From: Mayamaea pseudoterrestris
Taxonomy: Eukaryota
Direction of reading: 5' to 3'
DNA: 64,000 nt
Assembly: GCA_027923505.1 (NCBI GenBank)
Contig: BROI01000001.1
Coordinates: 310,001 to 374,000 of the forward strand
Of the stretch, positions 60,605 to 64,000 are shown one piece after another. Below the pieces are notes generated by a model that made no database searches, was not told the DNA's origin, and worked only from the letters and a program-made list of their open reading frames with translations. A program made the translations under genes and the position numbers. Position 1 is the first letter of the stretch. Each line of letters begins with the position of its first letter.

Positions 60605-61618
60605 ATGCCCACTAGTAGTTACCCAGAAATGAAGCGCCCGCCGGCGGGAAAGGTTCCAGTTTTGGACGAGCAAGGCTCTCTTGTTTCGGTTCCCGCCATT
60701 ATGAATTACATTGCTTCGACGTCTTCGCAAGTCATGCATATTCGACGCGACAAGTCAGGAGATGATCAGTCGATTGAAGGAGTCGTTTGGGATTCTGTGG
60801 ACGTTAACGTCATGAATGGAAGATCTGCCAATCTTTCGCTCTTTCGAAACGGATTCGGGCTGACTGATTTTCGCGGCAGCAACAACAAACCGATTGATTT
60901 CTTGGATTCGCTAAGTGTCATTAATGATTACTATCCTGCATGTGAAAGCCTTTTACAAGAGCATTTAGGAGAGAATGTTCTTGTAAAGGCTTTTGACCAC
61001 AACGTGAGATTGAACGAACGAGTGGAAGAGGCTGGCACGACACTCAAGCGCGGCGGAGCCTCCAAGACGCAGCAGCCAGTGGGAATCGTTCATGGCGACT
61101 ATACGCGGAATTCAGCTCCGCAACGCCTCGAGCAGCTAGCAGGACCTCCCAAGGTGAATGATGTTTTGCGTTTGCTATTGAAAGAAGGAGAGAGTTTATT
61201 GGATGCCGAGCTAGTCGAGGAAGCTGTCCTGGGCAAGCGACGATTTGCACTCATCAATGTTTGGCGGAACATTGATCCATTGTCGCCCGTCAAATCACAG
61301 CCCTTGGCTTGCGTCGATGCTCAGAGTGCCAGCGTAAATGATTTGAAGACTCTTCAGATTCATTACGAGGACCGAGTTGGGGAGAACTACCTACCATTCT
61401 ATAATGCGAAGCACCGATGGTTTTACTTTCCCGACATGGTAATGGACGAAGCGTTGCTACTAAAGCAGTGGGATTCAAGTGGAGGAATTGCATCCGGTGA
61501 AATGGATGACTCTAATGGTTGTTCGTCGTTCAGTCTGCATTCGGCCTTTATTGGCCCATGCGAAGAAACGATGCCGCCGAGGCAGTCCATTGAAGTTCGC
61601 TGTGTCTGCATCTGGTGA
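60605..61618 (+). CDS. CmcJ/NvfI-family Fe(II)/2-oxoglutarate oxidoreductase
   Basis: NGFGL, YYP, FDHNVR, VHGDYT, LINVWR, PLACVDA, HRWFYFPDM..DE, HSAF, PRQSIEVRC. Confidence 0.82.
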   Translation: MPTSSYPEMKRPPAGKVPVLDEQGSLVSVPAIMNYIASTSSQVMHIRRDKSGDDQSIEGVVWDSVDVNVMNGRSANLSLFRNGFGLTDFRGSNNKPIDFLDSLSVINDYYPACESLLQEHLGENVLVKAFDHNVRLNERVEEAGTTLKRGGASKTQQPVGIVHGDYTRNSAPQRLEQLAGPPKVNDVLRLLLKEGESLLDAELVEEAVLGKRRFALINVWRNIDPLSPVKSQPLACVDAQSASVNDLKTLQIHYEDRVGENYLPFYNAKHRWFYFPDMVMDEALLLKQWDSSGGIASGEMDDSNGCSSFSLHSAFIGPCEETMPPRQSIEVRCVCIW

Positions 61619-61706
61619 GTTGAAAGCAAGTTTGTTAAAAAAGTAGATTATATCAATAAGTATCATGTTAATCGAAAATTTAGATTTGAAAACAAATACC
61701 GTAGAT

Positions 61707-63559
61707 TCATTTAGTGATGGATTCGAAAGCAATGGCGACCGCTTCAGCACCAGGGTCAGGCGTACCAGTCAATTGTTCCTCCGAAAGGTAGTTGCTACGA
61801 CCGGCGCTGGCATGCTTCATTTCCGCAGTTGCCTTGGCACCCTCGCGAGCTTTTACCGCCGCGTCGGTGAGACTCTGGCTTGCGAGGAGAGCTTGGGCGC
61901 TCGGTACGAGGGCATCAAGCATGGTTCGACTTCCCTCCTTGGCACCGCCGTACAAACTCACAGCATCAACACCAGCTTGAAACGCTTTACATATTTCAAG
62001 CGCGCCAATCTTATCCATTCGACTAAGCGTCGAGCTCATTTTGCGAAACATGAGCTCAATGAGAACTCCTGAAGTCCCGCCCATGGATTTTGACACAGCG
62101 TCGGCGATCGAGGAAAACATGGGGACTGGGTGGTGCAACGAAATCGTTCCCTTTTCAAGTTGCTCAAGTATCTCTACCGCTCCGCGCTTGAATGTGATTC
62201 CACAGTCTCCATCTCCGACAATGGTGTCGTACTTGGTCAGTAAGGGTTCCGATTCAATGAGCTTTTGAACCACACGTGTCACTAGCGCCTTGGACGTAGC
62301 AGCAAAGTCAGCCACTTCCAGTTCGGGCTCCTTCGCTTTTACAGCTGCTTCGACCACCGCTTTTTCAGGTACTTCCATCAAAGAGGGGCGAATATCTCCG
62401 CTCGACCAAATGTCGCAGGCGTGCCAAGCCGGCGCACTCGTCGGAGCATCCAGTAGCTCCAGCAAATCTTGGCGCCCACTTACGTTCATTAAAGTAATAG
62501 AAGCTCCATGCATGTCAAATGAAGTCATGTATGCTCCAACTAGCACGCGAGAAGCTTTGACTTTGTACGCGCTACCTTCCAGGACTCTGACACACGAGCG
62601 TGCAAGAATGGACATTTCAAAGTTTGACGTTCCTCCTAGGTTATTGACCAACAAAACGACTTCGTCACCAGGCTGACAGAATGGAACAATTTCCTGCGAG
62701 TTGTCGTCTTTGATGCGCCCATATTGCTGAATCGTCGCAATCATTTCTTCCGCAAGATCATTTGCAGATTTCAATGGCGACTGCTTCAAGCCAGCTTCGC
62801 CATGAATGCCAAGGCCAATCTCAATGGTATGCTCGTCGAGTCGCTCATTGATTGAGTCAGCACCTGGAACTGTCACATTGTTCATCGAGACACCAAGACT
62901 TCCAGTCAAGCGGCAAGCGCTTCGTGCCAAAGAGGCAACCTCCTGGAGTGATTTACCAGCCGCCGCAGCTGCGCCTATGAGTGTTGCGTCAATGCGAGAT
63001 CCGACGAAAGTGAGATAAAAGAACCAAACGAAAGACAATCCCCAATTACAGACTCACCAGCTATTTTGTGGATCAGCACCGTTCCAGCGACTCCTCGTGC
63101 TCCCGTGATTCCCTTGGTTCGCTCCAGCGCGCAATCGTCCGCAACAACCACCATTTCCGTGGAAATGTGCTCCTGCGCGGCACGCTCCGCTGCCATTCCG
63201 AAGTTCAGTCGATCGCCCGTATAGTTCTTGATGATCAGCAAGACTCCTCTATCGTCAGCTGGTGCCACCACTCTAATGGCTGCAAGAATGGCATTCACGG
63301 ATGGACTGGCAAAGATTCCTCCGCAGACGGCAGCCGTAAGCATACCTGATCCATCCAACCATCCGGCGTGAGAAGGCTCGTGGCCGCTGCCACCTCCACT
63401 GACCAGTGCGACTTGGCCGCTTTTGATGCGGTTGACAGCCAAGACAACGTGGTGGTTGGAGAGCTTTTGGAGAGAGTTGGGGTATTGAAGTAAAAGGCCT
63501 TCAATGAATTCGTCGACGCTCCGGGCGGGATCATTCAGGATTTTCTTCGGTTTAACCAT
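61707..63559 (-). CDS. DAK: Dihydroxyacetone/triose kinase (Dak1+Dak2); exons 63559-63058 and 62974-61707
   Basis: SGGGSGHEPSHAG, KNYTGDRLNFG, GLGIHGE, VGDGDCG, MGGTSG, SRTMLDAL, AGRSNY, PDPGA; intron 62975-63057. Confidence 0.95.
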
Positions 63560-64000
63560 TATTGAGTATTCGCTTTATTGAATTGAAACGTTTTCGGCAA
63601 GTCGTTAGAAAAATCTCATCGGTAGAATGGTTAGCAAAGTATTTGCAAGTGTATGTGAGAGCTGCGCATGCTGCAACACGAGATCTTTGATCAAAATGTC
63701 GCAGTCAGTACCGATTCGACAGACATCAATATGGCTCAACGGGTACTAATATAGGCTCGGGAGGCTCTGCCGGCGCAATCGTCCTTTTGATTGGATAACG
63801 TGATATCTTTGGGGCCGTTTTCATGATGATGCACAGGACTCCTGATGGCTGATGTTTGATGTCTTTCGAATCACTTTCGCACCTCTTGATGAACCTGTGA
63901 TGCTTATACCAATACAATCATCAATCTCGAATCAACCAGCTATAAAAACAAGCATGTACTTTCTGCTTATAACGGCGGTGTCTGCTGCAACGTTTGTGCC

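Noticed and set aside
63726..64000. Possible last exon of a gene beyond the right edge
   Set aside because: Short ORF with no support inside the window.

Overview
Gene-dense eukaryotic nuclear DNA, most likely from a diatom. The evidence is short GT-AG introns, short intergenic spacers, several bipartite plastid presequences with ASAFAP-type cleavage motifs, and a DUF6824-like gene. About 34 protein-coding genes can be supported, mostly housekeeping: EMC3, DHODH, RNR small subunit, cyclin H, KDM5-like demethylase, IleRS, DIS3L2, Tab2, TatD, Rad1, DAK and others. The standout is 20162-21745(-), a single-exon gene encoding an SQ/TQ cluster, an FHA domain and a thymidylate-synthase-fold enzyme. 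Its active site carries cytosine-type signatures (C-T instead of C-H; LGLP-N-D instead of LGLP-F-N), as in phage dCMP hydroxymethylases. It is a candidate checkpoint-regulated (d)CMP C5-modifying enzyme in a eukaryote, 1.8 kb from RNR2. Other notable items are a ~1.34 kb non-autonomous TIR transposon just upstream of a plastid-protein gene, an adjacent decayed BI-1/TMBIM-like gene, a spliced 76-aa plastid microprotein missed by the ORF track, a 2739-aa acidic repeat/coiled-coil protein, a Rad1 with a long SQ/TQ tail, tandem acylated small paralogs, and an intergenic TACCGGTA palindrome. All family calls are from motif recognition by eye; no searches were run. No rRNA, tRNA or CRISPR was recognised.
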